Shown here: positions 5,581 to 5,860 of the stretch, piece by piece
How the letters are laid out: each line of letters starts with the position of its first letter
How positions within the stretch are numbered: the first letter of the stretch is position 1
NCBI RefSeq assembly: GCF_006345805.1
Contig: NW_021829780.1
Coordinates: forward strand, 1-5,860
Origin: Octopus sinensis
Taxonomy: Eukaryota
DNA: 5,860 nucleotides
Reading direction: 5' to 3'
The notes under the pieces: generated by a model
Seen by the model: only the letters and a program-made list of their open reading frames with translations
The model's database searches: none
Told to the model about the DNA's origin: nothing
Translations under genes and position numbers: made by a program

Positions 5581-5860
5581 GTGACGCATTGGATTGCTGA
5601 GGATTGGAACAGACGGAACTTAGGATGCACAACTATTTCATCCGCTATATATTCTATCCTGTTTGGAAATCGTTGCATAATTAATCAACGGGTGATTTGG
5701 TGCGTTTTTTTTAGTGTTTGCTATAATTGCTGTTATAAAAACTTAACCCATTAATTTGATGTTTCTTACATCCATCGCTACCCCATTCTCGCCCCCATCA
5801 TTCTCGCCCCCACATTTCTCCAACACTCCCACTGGATCGTTCCGCCCGCCCCCGGGGGAC
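5581..5860. promoter_or_regulatory. Possible promoter-proximal region (CRE-like site, two inverted CCAAT boxes, overlapping GC boxes)
   Basis: TGACGCA at 5582-88, ATTGG at 5588-92 and 5603-07, CCGCCC at 5842-47 and 5846-51, with GC/CpG content rising toward the window edge. Motif-level evidence only. Confidence 0.25.

Overview
AT-rich, repeat-dense animal genomic DNA, most likely Octopus or another cephalopod. That assignment comes from my recollection of the SINE families, not from a search. No intact protein-coding gene is supported. From left to right the window holds: compound (TTG/TTC/CTC)n and (GACA/GATA)n microsatellites; a ~200-bp element between (TA)n tracts carrying a minimal hammerhead-ribozyme motif of the Penelope-like-element (PLE) type (1771-1803, +); a 5'-truncated second-family SINE; a 5'-truncated, frameshifted CR1-group LINE (RT C-terminus, 3' UTR, poly-A); three copies of a tRNA-headed CORE-like SINE, one split by a 200-bp insert with a 5-bp target-site duplication; and a ~270-bp imperfect palindrome whose centre holds a second, different minimal hammerhead (3878-3917, -). 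The best observations are the two hammerhead motifs and a 3' tail shared by the LINE and the SINE, whose 5-bp stem-loop shows two compensatory base-pair swaps. That pattern points to a LINE/SINE partner pair captured side by side. None of the ribozyme or family assignments has been computationally verified.
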